From a virus (Duplodnaviria; Caudoviricetes): 64,000 nucleotides of DNA. The notes beneath the pieces were generated by a model. The model had not been told where the DNA came from. It saw only the letters and a list, made by a program, of their open reading frames with translations, and ran no database searches. The position numbers and the translations under genes are program-made. The first letter of the stretch is position 1; every line of letters begins with the position of its first letter. This document shows positions 1 to 9,282 of this stretch, in pieces. The DNA lies in the IMG/VR virus record IMGVR_UViG_3300032254_000001, positions 96,001 to 160,000 of that record; one strand, written 5' to 3'.

Positions 1-467
1 CTACCTGCGTACTGCAAGTATTTCTCAGCACCAAGTTTTGCAACTGCATATGGTGCGTTAGGGTTAGCTTCGGTCTCCGGATCAAACGCAACAAAGTCAA
101 CTGGTCTACCAAACTGTTCAACTTCGTCACTAATTGGCTGATGGCCATATACTTCCATAGTGCTAGCAAATATAAAGTTAACAAAATCATCACAATGCTT
201 GTTAACACTCTCAATGAGATTCACAGTTCCTGTGTAGTTAATTTCACTAAATGTAATTTGCTCGTAAAAGCTTTTCTGTACTTCTGTACGTGCTGCAAGG
301 TGCAATACCATGTTAGGATTAAATTCCTTAACCTCGGCCTCAACATCATCGTAATCTCTAAGATCACTTTTAAGTTCATGTATTACGAACTTATGACTTA
401 GTGACGGTATGATATGAGAACCGAGAAATCCATCTGCTCCTGTTACTAGCAATCGGGTATTAAACAT
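1..467 (-). CDS. NAD-dependent epimerase/dehydratase (partial, runs off window start)
   Basis: Hand-translated, not in ORF track: MFNTRLLVTGADGFLGSH (GxxGxxG), HLAA, ASTMEVYG, catalytic YAVAK. Confidence 0.9.
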   Translation of the reverse strand, partial: MFNTRLLVTGADGFLGSHIIPSLSHKFVIHELKSDLRDYDDVEAEVKEFNPNMVLHLAARTEVQKSFYEQITFSEINYTGTVNLIESVNKHCDDFVNFIFASTMEVYGHQPISDEVEQFGRPVDFVAFDPETEANPNAPYAVAKLGAEKYLQYAG

Positions 468-1098
468 TTATTGTTATCTCTCTAAGGTCAGGGTAGCTCT
501 TGTACCCTTTATCACCAAGGTCGGTGATCTCGTTATTGGCTAATTTGTTTAAGCCAATAACGGCGTCTTCTGGGCGCATCATATAATGATACCCAACAAC
601 GAATTCTTTCTGGTCTATCCATCGATCAAAACTTAAATCACGTCCATCGTATGATGCACGTTTAAGCCACTCGTATGCTTTCTTATCATTAGTAAGTATA
701 GCACCACCGTGGCCAATTTCTAATGGCTTACCGTGTCCAAATGATAAACACACAATCTTCTTTTGATTAGGATTATCTAATTGGAACATATCTTTTTCAA
801 AACGTCTAGCACTATCGTAAACAATAGAACCTTCAATCCTGTAATCTTTATCCCACTCTTCATCTGTCATCATGTACTCAATGCCAAGTTTCTTCAATGT
901 CATTGGAACACTAAGGTAAGTGTGTGCTGGAATTGTTGCGTACAGCTTAGGCATTGTATAACGCAACCCAAGTTCAATTGCATGTGAGCAACTGTCGGTA
1001 GCAATAACACCACTGGCGCCTGTAAACTCAGCTAGCTCTTTTTCAAACTCTGATACTGCATCATATGGGTTACTGTAATCACTTATTTCTTTTTTCAT
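460..1098 (-). CDS. Short DegT/DnrJ/EryC1/StrS-family PLP aminotransferase
   Basis: FEKELAEF..ATDSCSHA, DSAR, SFGHGKPLEIGHGG (PLP Lys); only 212 aa. Confidence 0.8.
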   Translation of the reverse strand: MKKEISDYSNPYDAVSEFEKELAEFTGASGVIATDSCSHAIELGLRYTMPKLYATIPAHTYLSVPMTLKKLGIEYMMTDEEWDKDYRIEGSIVYDSARRFEKDMFQLDNPNQKKIVCLSFGHGKPLEIGHGGAILTNDKKAYEWLKRASYDGRDLSFDRWIDQKEFVVGYHYMMRPEDAVIGLNKLANNEITDLGDKGYKSYPDLREITINV

Positions 1099-2059
1099 AA
1101 TAATCCTTAGTTGACATAATAATGGTTTCTAAATCGCTAAATGCTAATTTCTGGCCTTGCTCTTCTTCAAACTTACTAGCGTCTGCTACTAGTGAATCTG
1201 GATCGCCTGCACGTCGTGGACGATAGCAAATATCAAACGGTGTAACGTACTTAAAGAATGCGTTGACAACTTCTTGGTTACTGTAGCCTGTGCTAGTACC
1301 AAGGTTGTATGTTTTTGATTTGCCACCACTGGATAGAACTTCACAGGCCCTAAGGTGTGCTAAGGCTAAGTCGCATACGTGTATGTAATCTCTTACACAC
1401 GTACCGTCTGGTGTATCGTAATCGTCGCCGTAAATAGAAAACACTTTGCCTTCCATTTGTGCTTCGAATATGCGCGGAATTAAGTGAGTGTCACCTGGCT
1501 CTGGACCGAGCTCATTATCCCAAACGTCCGCACCTGCTGCATTAAAGTATCTGAAACAAAAGTTTCGCATACCGTACGCTGCATCGTAATCACGCAGTAT
1601 ATGTTCAATCATCATCTTTGTATTGCCATATGGATTGACCGGCTTGGTGATCGATGATTCCTTAATAGGTAATTCCGTGGGATTGCCATATACTGCGGCA
1701 CTGCTACTGAATACAATGAATGGTTTATGTTTCCATTTCTTCATGTGGTCCAACATGCGAATAGTTCTGACTACATTGTTATTGTAGTATTCGCTTGGAT
1801 CTAAAACACTCGGACCAACGAGACTTGTTCCAGCACAATGCACAACTCCATCTACTCCGAACTCTTCCATCATATCAAGGATTTCATAGTCGTCGTAGTT
1901 TGACATGTAGAATTTTGTACCTTCTACTTTATTTTGTTCGACATAACGATTGTCGATTGTATAGACCTTTGCTCCTGCTGCTCGCAAAGACTTTGCAGTG
2001 TGGCTACCTACATAGCCACGACCACCTGTTACTAAAATTGTTACACCCTCTAATCTCAT
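1079..2059 (-). CDS. galE: UDP-glucose 4-epimerase
   Basis: TGGRGYVGSH, FSSSAAVYG, YGNTK, RYFNAAGA, DGTCVRDYIHV. Confidence 0.92.
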   Translation of the reverse strand: MRLEGVTILVTGGRGYVGSHTAKSLRAAGAKVYTIDNRYVEQNKVEGTKFYMSNYDDYEILDMMEEFGVDGVVHCAGTSLVGPSVLDPSEYYNNNVVRTIRMLDHMKKWKHKPFIVFSSSAAVYGNPTELPIKESSITKPVNPYGNTKMMIEHILRDYDAAYGMRNFCFRYFNAAGADVWDNELGPEPGDTHLIPRIFEAQMEGKVFSIYGDDYDTPDGTCVRDYIHVCDLALAHLRACEVLSSGGKSKTYNLGTSTGYSNQEVVNAFFKYVTPFDICYRPRRAGDPDSLVADASKFEEEQGQKLAFSDLETIIMSTKDYYEKRNK

Positions 2060-2277
2060 TTCTTACTCGCTATGTTGAATACGCTACAAGTAGCATTATA
2101 GCGCGATTCACGAGTAGATGCATCCGTTATGAGCAAATCTTTTTGTGTCTTTAACCGAAATATAAGGCCACGTAGCTCTTCTGCTGTCCAATTATCCTGT
2201 TCAGCAACTTTAGCCAAAATGTCTATGTCCATGCAGGTTAACGCTGCTACTTGTTGGTACTCATCCATCGTAATCAA
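2056..2277 (-). CDS. Hypothetical protein
   Basis: Overlaps both neighbouring genes in operon style. Confidence 0.6.
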   Translation of the reverse strand: MITMDEYQQVAALTCMDIDILAKVAEQDNWTAEELRGLIFRLKTQKDLLITDASTRESRYNATCSVFNIASKK

Positions 2278-2770
2278 GCTCGTCGATTATAATGCCATTG
2301 CTTTCACTTGCATAGCCACGTACTCTGTCAAATGCATCGCCCCATCGTTCTTCTAATTCTGGAGGACATTTTGGTGCAACAAAACGAGTAATACCAGATT
2401 GCAACATGTGAACATAACATCTGTCACATGACAGGAAAGGGTATGTGTACAGTGTGTAACCTTGCAGTGATTGATCTTGTGCAAAGTTCACAGCATTCAT
2501 TTCGCAATGAATGATACGACTGTACTTTTCTTCTCTATTATTGTAAAACTGATCCGCGTCCGGCATTGCACGTGGAAAACCATTAAAGCCTACTGACGCA
2601 ATACTTTTGTCAGGACGTACAATTACCGCACCTGTTTGTGTGCTCGGATCCTTCGACCAAGTTGATGCTAACTTAGCCATGTCTAGGAATCGTTGATCCC
2701 ATTTATCTAATTTACTCATATCTTTATCATCACTGCCAATGCCAGCCAGTAGTATTCTAGCATCATTCAT
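2261..2770 (-). CDS. dCMP deaminase
   Basis: SKDPSTQTGAVIV, GFNG, HCE and PxxxCxxC zinc motifs. Confidence 0.92.
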   Translation of the reverse strand: MNDARILLAGIGSDDKDMSKLDKWDQRFLDMAKLASTWSKDPSTQTGAVIVRPDKSIASVGFNGFPRAMPDADQFYNNREEKYSRIIHCEMNAVNFAQDQSLQGYTLYTYPFLSCDRCYVHMLQSGITRFVAPKCPPELEERWGDAFDRVRGYASESNGIIIDELDYDG

Positions 2771-2778
2771 GGTAACTC

Positions 2779-3105
2779 CTACGGTGTTTTTGAACGTGTG
2801 ACTGTTGCTTGCTGCACTGCATCGTCTTCACATTCTGCGTACTTAGGCACATCTCTATTATTAGTAAGTGCCATAACTGTTAGCATTTGTTCGTATGCTT
2901 CTTTAACAGCTGGGTCTTGTGATGCACGGACCTTATTCATTACAGTCATATCACTAGCAAACTGTTCCAAGCTTATTGTCGGAGAGTGTGACATTGATAC
3001 AATGTTAACCGTTGTTTTCGTTAGACCAGGAGTAGAGAATTCATCTCGCTCAATGTTTACTGCTTGAATCCAAAGTCCGTAATGAGAAAGGTCCGCGTCA
3101 ATCAT
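2779..3105 (-). CDS. Hypothetical protein; C-terminal DPAVKEAYEQ motif resembles the 9.3-10.5 kb array
   Basis: Start moved to the ATG at 3105 overlapping the upstream stop. Confidence 0.6.
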   Translation of the reverse strand: MIDADLSHYGLWIQAVNIERDEFSTPGLTKTTVNIVSMSHSPTISLEQFASDMTVMNKVRASQDPAVKEAYEQMLTVMALTNNRDVPKYAECEDDAVQQATVTRSKTP

Positions 3106-4274
3106 TTGAATTTCGCTCCTGCTACTTCGTCTCTGTAGCGCATGTCGTTTCGCTTCCATTCTGCACCGTTGCCTTCCATGATGTCAATGCAGCGATCAAT
3201 CGTACCGTTGGTCCAGTCACTAATCTTACCCATGTTCGGATGAGCTTCATCTAACAATGGTAGCATCTTGCTAATAGCATCGTCTATGCTCCAAGGCACG
3301 TATAAACGATCTGCGTCGTTTGCAAACGTTTCAGGAAATGATCTGTATGCTGGGTAAAGTACATTACAACCTAATGCATCAGCTTCACTTACTGTGTTAC
3401 TAACCCAATCCTGCAATGCACAATTGAACATTATACGACTATTGTTTACAATTCCGTAGTACTCGTTCTTCTTTAAGTTTTCGTGTATTTCTAACTTGCC
3501 TTCACGTTCAAGGTGTCTTGCACGAACAACGTACTTTTCGTTATTACTACGTAGCGGACCACCTTGCATAATTGCAAACTTAACAGTTGGATCTATGTCG
3601 TGCATCTTTTCAATTAAGTCCATGTAAAAGTCTGGTTGCTTTTCCTGGTCCCAACGTGCGCCAAATACTACACGGCGTTCGCGATCTTCAAATGATTTTA
3701 TTTGCGGTACACGAATTTGTACTTCGTCTTTACCAAATGCAAGTCCGCTAATGTTATACAGTGGAGCCTTCCAACGTGCTACTTTCATGTTCGCAATCAT
3801 TTCTTCATTGGTTGCAAGTACACTAACGTTAGGCATAGCATTGATCATATCTTCGTAATGATCCATCCAGTCCATACCCCATACGTGAACAAAGTCATCT
3901 GGGTCAACGCGCTGTGCTAATGTACGCACAAATATCTGCGGACGATCACGTTCTGGAATCTGGCACATAATGTAACCTAATGACTCCATGCCAGGACTAA
4001 ACATATCCTCAAAAAAGATACAGTCTTCGCCTGTCACTTCACCACTACGCATCATCTGAACTAAGTTCATCATCTGCGACATACTGAAAAATGATCTGCC
4101 ATGTGCATCGAGAACCTGTCCGACTTGAATGGACTTCGTATTGTCTATTTCCTGACCGGGGACAATTACATAGTCGATCCCACGCTTTTTAAATGCGCGT
4201 TCACTCCAGTCCTGTAATTGTAACGTGTAACGGCCTTCATAGCTCTCCAGGCCCATGTAGATCAATTTTCTCAT
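3102..4274 (-). CDS. GT-B glycosyltransferase
   Basis: RWDQEKQPDF, FNCALQDWVSNTVSEADALG..LYPAYRSFPE (GT1/GT4-type sugar-nucleotide-binding C-domain). Confidence 0.8.
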   Translation of the reverse strand: MRKLIYMGLESYEGRYTLQLQDWSERAFKKRGIDYVIVPGQEIDNTKSIQVGQVLDAHGRSFFSMSQMMNLVQMMRSGEVTGEDCIFFEDMFSPGMESLGYIMCQIPERDRPQIFVRTLAQRVDPDDFVHVWGMDWMDHYEDMINAMPNVSVLATNEEMIANMKVARWKAPLYNISGLAFGKDEVQIRVPQIKSFEDRERRVVFGARWDQEKQPDFYMDLIEKMHDIDPTVKFAIMQGGPLRSNNEKYVVRARHLEREGKLEIHENLKKNEYYGIVNNSRIMFNCALQDWVSNTVSEADALGCNVLYPAYRSFPETFANDADRLYVPWSIDDAISKMLPLLDEAHPNMGKISDWTNGTIDRCIDIMEGNGAEWKRNDMRYRDEVAGAKFK

Positions 4275-5071
4275 GTTTGTTTCCTATTATAATTTTGTAA
4301 TGCACGACCTACTAGATCGTCATTGTCGATATCTGTAGATAGTGTAACATATCTAAAGCTTTCTTGCAAGTCACGGTATTCGCAATATTGCCGTTTCAGT
4401 GCATTAGTATCTGTGATTTCCGTATCTAAAAACTGTGCAATCTCTTGCATAGAATTCATAAAAGTATCAACGTTAACAAAGTCTAAGTAATCTAAATTGA
4501 ATACACGACTATCGTTAATTGGTTCTTTGTATTTGCTGTGGTATTCACTAAACTCTTGTTCAAGTGTTATAGTAATAGCATCAATTATCTGCTCGTCCGT
4601 TAACCCTTTTATAGTGTCATCGTTGAGTATTGAATTTTTATACGTGAACTTATTGTTCTTGCGTTGTACATTATACACTGCCATTAACTCTGCTAACACG
4701 CTAGGAGTATAAACTCTAACTGCTTTAGCATCTGGGTATCTATCTAAGAGCCAGGTAGTGTTATCGTTTCGTGTGCCTTGATCGCATAGTACGACAAGTG
4801 TTTTGTTTAGTACGTCTACGTCTTCTAATAGTTCTAATTGGAAGTCGAAGTCTTTGTATGTTTTGCCTGGATTCTCTCTAAGAAACCTAGGTAGGTGATA
4901 CGTGCGAATGTACTTTGCGCTGTGTGCATTGCCCGTCTCGGCAATGGTTGTTGTTTGTGCATTAACTGTACTGCTGAAGTAATCAGTTAATATTTTGTGC
5001 AAAAAGTGACCAGCACCACCCGACGGGTACATTATTAGTACAATGCCAGGCGATGCTTGATCGAGTGACAC
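4271..5071 (-). CDS. Sulfotransferase-like/P-loop hypothetical protein
   Basis: N-terminal IMYPSGGAGHFL resembles a 5'-PSB loop; similar start to 30340..31050. Confidence 0.4.
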   Translation of the reverse strand: MSLDQASPGIVLIMYPSGGAGHFLHKILTDYFSSTVNAQTTTIAETGNAHSAKYIRTYHLPRFLRENPGKTYKDFDFQLELLEDVDVLNKTLVVLCDQGTRNDNTTWLLDRYPDAKAVRVYTPSVLAELMAVYNVQRKNNKFTYKNSILNDDTIKGLTDEQIIDAITITLEQEFSEYHSKYKEPINDSRVFNLDYLDFVNVDTFMNSMQEIAQFLDTEITDTNALKRQYCEYRDLQESFRYVTLSTDIDNDDLVGRALQNYNRKQT

Positions 5072-5074
5072 TAC

Positions 5075-5332
5075 TTATTTGTTACCACGGTATGGACGAC
5101 CTGTTGGACGTCGGTGGAATCTGTTTAAGTCAAATTCCCATTGATTTTTACAATTCTTTCCATTGCGGAATTTATTGTACTGCTGGAACGGATATGTACG
5201 CATGTTGTACAAATCTTGTTCGTTAAACTTATACCCGTGACTTACGCAGAATGCGCGGTAAGCTTCTAGGTCCTTCCATACCTGTTCAGTGCGTGGGTTC
5301 TTTTTAGTAGTGTTTCTGTATGACTTAGCCAT
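5075..5332 (-). CDS. Hypothetical basic protein
   Basis: ORF with RBS, in operon. Confidence 0.65.
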   Translation of the reverse strand: MAKSYRNTTKKNPRTEQVWKDLEAYRAFCVSHGYKFNEQDLYNMRTYPFQQYNKFRNGKNCKNQWEFDLNRFHRRPTGRPYRGNK

Positions 5333-5359
5333 AGTGTTTCCCTTGTGTAAGGTTTATAG

Positions 5360-5776
5360 TTATAATGTGTATTGTGTTGTTGATCCGTTTTCATTATCTT
5401 CGCTTACGCTAATAATGATCTCACGGCCGGGGTACTTCATTGCAATTTTCTCAAATAGATCATCGCTAATCATCTCGCATGACTTGTTATCAAGCTGCAA
5501 AATTCCTTCTTTAAACAATCCTTCGCAGTATCGTTTAAATTGTATAAATTCAATATCTCGGTCGTCATGCACCACTGCTATGCGTACCTCGAAATGAAAT
5601 ATATGTCTGTGTTCGTTTGCTAAAAAGCTAACGTCTTCTAAGTTTGTATCAGTAGCTGCTGCTGGGTATGCATGTATGCCTTCTCTTTGAAAGCGTACCC
5701 AAATACTTTTTCCTGCACGATTCAATCTCGATGCCACTGTGTCAAACTTTGCTTGTATTCTCTGTTCTGTATCCAT
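5360..5776 (-). CDS. QueD-like T-fold protein (DpdL-like)
   Basis: LANEHRHIF matches LxxxHRHxF; DRDIEFIQFKR; SCEMI; SEDNENG; located beside a TGT-like gene. Confidence 0.75.
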   Translation of the reverse strand: MDTEQRIQAKFDTVASRLNRAGKSIWVRFQREGIHAYPAAATDTNLEDVSFLANEHRHIFHFEVRIAVVHDDRDIEFIQFKRYCEGLFKEGILQLDNKSCEMISDDLFEKIAMKYPGREIIISVSEDNENGSTTQYTL

Positions 5777-5815
5777 AGTATATTATAACATACTCTTAAT
5801 GTAATGTGTTAATGT

Positions 5816-6343
5816 TTAGATGATCTTGTCATCTTTGTATTTCTTCCAGTTAGTGTACTTGGTGTGATCCATTAAGTCGTGTAACTTATGGCACCATACA
5901 CCTGGGTTGCTCGCCTGGAAATCTTTGTCGTCTATCTTAACTGTTGCGTTGTAACCAAGTTGGTTAGCGTAAGGAATCTTAACACTAATCATTGGAATGA
6001 AGTTTGGATGTTCTGATAAACCTGATTCAGCAAATCCTTCAACATGTTTAACATCAAAGTCAAGTGTACACCAAAAGTCATCTGGATGATCTAAAACTTC
6101 TTTTATCATTTTTTCCCAAGGGATCCATGATTCATCGTTGCCAGTTACATCAAAGCTCATGTTAGCACCGAAGTATACTGCCTTGCATCCGAGTGTATTT
6201 GCACGTTTAAGGATTTCACTTACAGGTTGAATGCCAACAACAAATAAAGTCTTTAACTGATATGCTGGAGTGTGTTCGACTTCGTACCCAACAAAGAAAT
6301 CTGTGTTTTCGTTATGGTCTTGATTTTCGTATTCGCGTTTCAT
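5816..6343 (-). CDS. Hypothetical protein within the dpdA-like cluster
   Basis: 175 aa ORF between the TGT-like and QueD-like genes. Confidence 0.7.
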   Translation of the reverse strand: MKREYENQDHNENTDFFVGYEVEHTPAYQLKTLFVVGIQPVSEILKRANTLGCKAVYFGANMSFDVTGNDESWIPWEKMIKEVLDHPDDFWCTLDFDVKHVEGFAESGLSEHPNFIPMISVKIPYANQLGYNATVKIDDKDFQASNPGVWCHKLHDLMDHTKYTNWKKYKDDKII

Positions 6344-6795
6344 TTACTTTCCTCTATTCCTAAGTCTACTAAGCGGAACTCAATATCCCCAGGGCCTATT
6401 TTAAATGCTTCTTCACCTAGTGCTTTGCGTAAAACATCATGTCTTTCATGTGTTAATGCTGTACCGATGTATTCGCCTTTGTGGTATATTTCCCAGTTAA
6501 ACTTTGAATTGTCTAGCTTCTTAGCTTCTTCAATTACCTGTCTGTTCATTTCACGTGCTGTGTTTAATGTTAAGAAATCTTCAGCACACAATGCTGCCTG
6601 CGCCCAGCCAATAAAACGATTTGCCTTAGCGCCAGTAACCTTACCGTAATACACTTGTTCAAGTATATCCTGTATATGACGTGCGCTTAATGCATGTTTG
6701 GTTTCAACGAATTCAGTTGATTCCCAGTCTACTAAGTCTAAGCACTTCTGTGCCATTAATTGTTCTTCAGTCATACAAACCTCATTTTTATCCAA
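6340..6795 (-). CDS. Hypothetical protein
   Basis: ORF in operon. Confidence 0.6.
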   Translation of the reverse strand: MDKNEVCMTEEQLMAQKCLDLVDWESTEFVETKHALSARHIQDILEQVYYGKVTGAKANRFIGWAQAALCAEDFLTLNTAREMNRQVIEEAKKLDNSKFNWEIYHKGEYIGTALTHERHDVLRKALGEEAFKIGPGDIEFRLVDLGIEESK

Positions 6796-6971
6796 GCATT
6801 AGATATCTTACATCTAGTCCACTTTTCTTCCCACGATGCTTCTGTGAGCCATTTTGTTTCAATTATCCTGCTGCCATCTTCTTGTGAACTTTCAATAGTT
6901 AACGGAAACAACAAGAACTTTGTTACTGTCCTGTATGTTCCTAATGGCGGCTCTACTCTTTTGCGTTGCAT
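6771..6971 (-). CDS. Small hypothetical protein
   Basis: Abuts the TGT-like gene stop. Confidence 0.5.
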   Translation of the reverse strand: MQRKRVEPPLGTYRTVTKFLLFPLTIESSQEDGSRIIETKWLTEASWEEKWTRCKISNAWIKMRFV

Positions 6972-8554
6972 TAATCACCAAAGTCAAATAAGTTAGTAGC
7001 TTCTTCCGCAACTTGCGTCTTGGTTTTGCTAGGTTTCATAATTAAGTGAGCTTCTTCTGCAAGCTCTGCTTGTGCCTCATCGAGGTCAAACATAGCATCA
7101 AAGCTGGCTGCGGCATTAATAGCTTTCTTGCCACCCATACCACGCGCACCGCTGATGCCCATAAAGAACTTAGAATACATATCAAGTATTGCTAGGCGTT
7201 CTTCGTATACATTAGTTGAGAATACTGCATCTATTATATTTGTTATTGTGACACCAGTATTCTCGTCTACTAACATTTTAGGCAGACAACCACTATCGTA
7301 TTGGCGGTTCGCTTCCTGTACACTGTTAATGTGGTGCCAAACATTGTGGCCCATCATTAATGCATACGAGAAACTATCCCAAGAAGTCTTCCCTTCCTTA
7401 CCGACCTTATTAAGGTCACCTGGAGCATATACACAGACGTCTTTCATTTGTAGGTGTTCACTAATAGGACTATCTTCAAAGAGGTCGTGTATTCCATCTG
7501 CAACTGTACCATCACTGAATTTGCGTGTATCTTTTGCATACGCCTTGTTATCAGCAGTGGGGTTCATACGATATGACCATTTACCCGATTTATTCTTCTT
7601 AGTTAAGGTTCTATAGTCTGGGGTGACGGTCTCGTGATATATCTGCCCGTTGGCAGTAGCAAGGAACGGGCTTGCACAATCGAAACTAATTGTAAAGTTT
7701 GGATTATGTGTGCGTCGTACAGCTCGTTGCAATGCTGTTAGTAGTACTGCCCACTCTAGTTTACTTGTTCCTAGGAAGTGCATCCAATCCTGTTTGCCTT
7801 CTTCAAGTAAACCATCATGTATCAATGTTACTACTCTTTTAATAGCCAGGTGTGGGTCTGCCATGTTAGCACCACCCATTGCCCAACCTTTAAAATAATT
7901 TTCGTGCTTAGTTGGATCGCTGTATTCTTTCATCTCTTCGTACCAACGATCCGCATCGGAATGATTTGAACCTTGTAATACATTTAAGAACTTAGCATTG
8001 TTCGTTGCATGTTTCATAAAGTATTCGTGGTTGTATTTTGTTGCATCAACTGCATCTTGATAAGTTTTGATGTTTGTCTTTTTAACAGACTCAGCGTTGG
8101 TGCAAGTCCATGTTGGAATATCAAGTGTCATGCTGTAGTCGCTAATGTTACACAACCATTTCAGTACAGTACTTCTGTACTTCTCAGCTTTAGGACAATT
8201 AGGATCTGCCCAGTCTGCTTCCCATACGCCTTTAGCAATCTGGAAACCACCTGAGTCAGCTAGCAATAATGTATCACTGCTACGCTTACGAATCATGTTT
8301 TCCTTTGGTACGTCCTTAGTTAAATCTAAGTTAGCATGACCTGCTGAATACAATCCCCATCTGTACTTAAACAATCCGTCCTTGTTATTAAAGAAGTTCA
8401 TCATTTCCATATCCGGAATGCCTGTTGGCATACGCGAAGGTGGAACATAGTTAGGATCGTCTTGCTGTTTGCCTATGTAAGTTGAGTAAAACGAACTAAT
8501 AGCAGGTAAGAATACTGCATAATCGTTCTGTTCATTTGTTAAATTTTTATTCAT
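6971..8554 (-). CDS. dpdA: tRNA-guanine transglycosylase-fold protein, DpdA-like DNA deazaguanine transglycosylase
   Basis: DSGGFQI, TLDIP, NVLQG, GWAMGG, HFLG, SFDCASPF; no CxCxxC zinc site of tRNA TGT. Confidence 0.8.
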   Translation of the reverse strand: MNKNLTNEQNDYAVFLPAISSFYSTYIGKQQDDPNYVPPSRMPTGIPDMEMMNFFNNKDGLFKYRWGLYSAGHANLDLTKDVPKENMIRKRSSDTLLLADSGGFQIAKGVWEADWADPNCPKAEKYRSTVLKWLCNISDYSMTLDIPTWTCTNAESVKKTNIKTYQDAVDATKYNHEYFMKHATNNAKFLNVLQGSNHSDADRWYEEMKEYSDPTKHENYFKGWAMGGANMADPHLAIKRVVTLIHDGLLEEGKQDWMHFLGTSKLEWAVLLTALQRAVRRTHNPNFTISFDCASPFLATANGQIYHETVTPDYRTLTKKNKSGKWSYRMNPTADNKAYAKDTRKFSDGTVADGIHDLFEDSPISEHLQMKDVCVYAPGDLNKVGKEGKTSWDSFSYALMMGHNVWHHINSVQEANRQYDSGCLPKMLVDENTGVTITNIIDAVFSTNVYEERLAILDMYSKFFMGISGARGMGGKKAINAAASFDAMFDLDEAQAELAEEAHLIMKPSKTKTQVAEEATNLFDFGD

Positions 8555-8756
8555 CGTTACCTGTGTCTTTTAATCTGTTATACGTTTGCAACATACAAAA
8601 CTGTTCAAACGCTGCCTTTATATCTGGAAAGGCTTCGTGTACACTTACACGATCATATCCGCGTGTATCTGGATGTTGGTCCAAAGTCCATTCGTATATG
8701 TCCCAGGTTTCTTGTTCTAATTTAGTAAGTGGTCTGCCGTCTGTGTACTTGCTCAT
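8547..8756 (-). CDS. Small hypothetical protein
   Basis: Ends in EAFPDIKAAFEQF, resembling the array motif. Confidence 0.55.
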   Translation of the reverse strand: MSKYTDGRPLTKLEQETWDIYEWTLDQHPDTRGYDRVSVHEAFPDIKAAFEQFCMLQTYNRLKDTGNDE

Positions 8757-8983
8757 AGTTTGTATTTTAACATAAACATAGTTTTATTACTATCATTATG
8801 GAACACTACATCCTTAATGCCGTAGCCTGTAATATCTTTTACAAGCTTGCAGCCGTACTCTTTTTCAAAGTCTTCTGTTGTCTTGTCATCAGCTGTAAAA
8901 CTTTTTAGAGCTTTAGCTAGTACTATCAACTCTTCCCTGTCTAGCTTGATGTCAAGTTGACCGTGATATTGTGCGCGTTCCAT
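8753..8983 (-). CDS. Small hypothetical protein
   Basis: Overlapping operon gene. Confidence 0.55.
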   Translation of the reverse strand: MERAQYHGQLDIKLDREELIVLAKALKSFTADDKTTEDFEKEYGCKLVKDITGYGIKDVVFHNDSNKTMFMLKYKL

Positions 8984-9282
8984 TATCTAAAGAACAACCG
9001 TTTCATTGCTTGCTTGGTATAAAACCAGCCGCCGAAGTTATGTATACTAGAGTACACAATAAGGCCACCGCCTGCAATTGATAATATAGAACCAAAGAAG
9101 CCATAAAAGAATAAGTTGAATGCACCGTATATAACAAATATCACACCAAGTATAAACCAGGCATGCTGTACACTAAAGTTATGCACTAAACGGTTCTTTG
9201 AATTATAAAGACCATTTACAATGCGTTGCATAAAACTAGGTCTGCGGTTCTGCCTAAAACGATTTTCATGTTCGTATTTCAT
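8983..9282 (-). CDS. Small two-TM membrane protein
   Basis: Two hydrophobic segments; start at MKYEHE overlaps the upstream stop. Confidence 0.6.
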   Translation of the reverse strand: MKYEHENRFRQNRRPSFMQRIVNGLYNSKNRLVHNFSVQHAWFILGVIFVIYGAFNLFFYGFFGSILSIAGGGLIVYSSIHNFGGWFYTKQAMKRLFFR

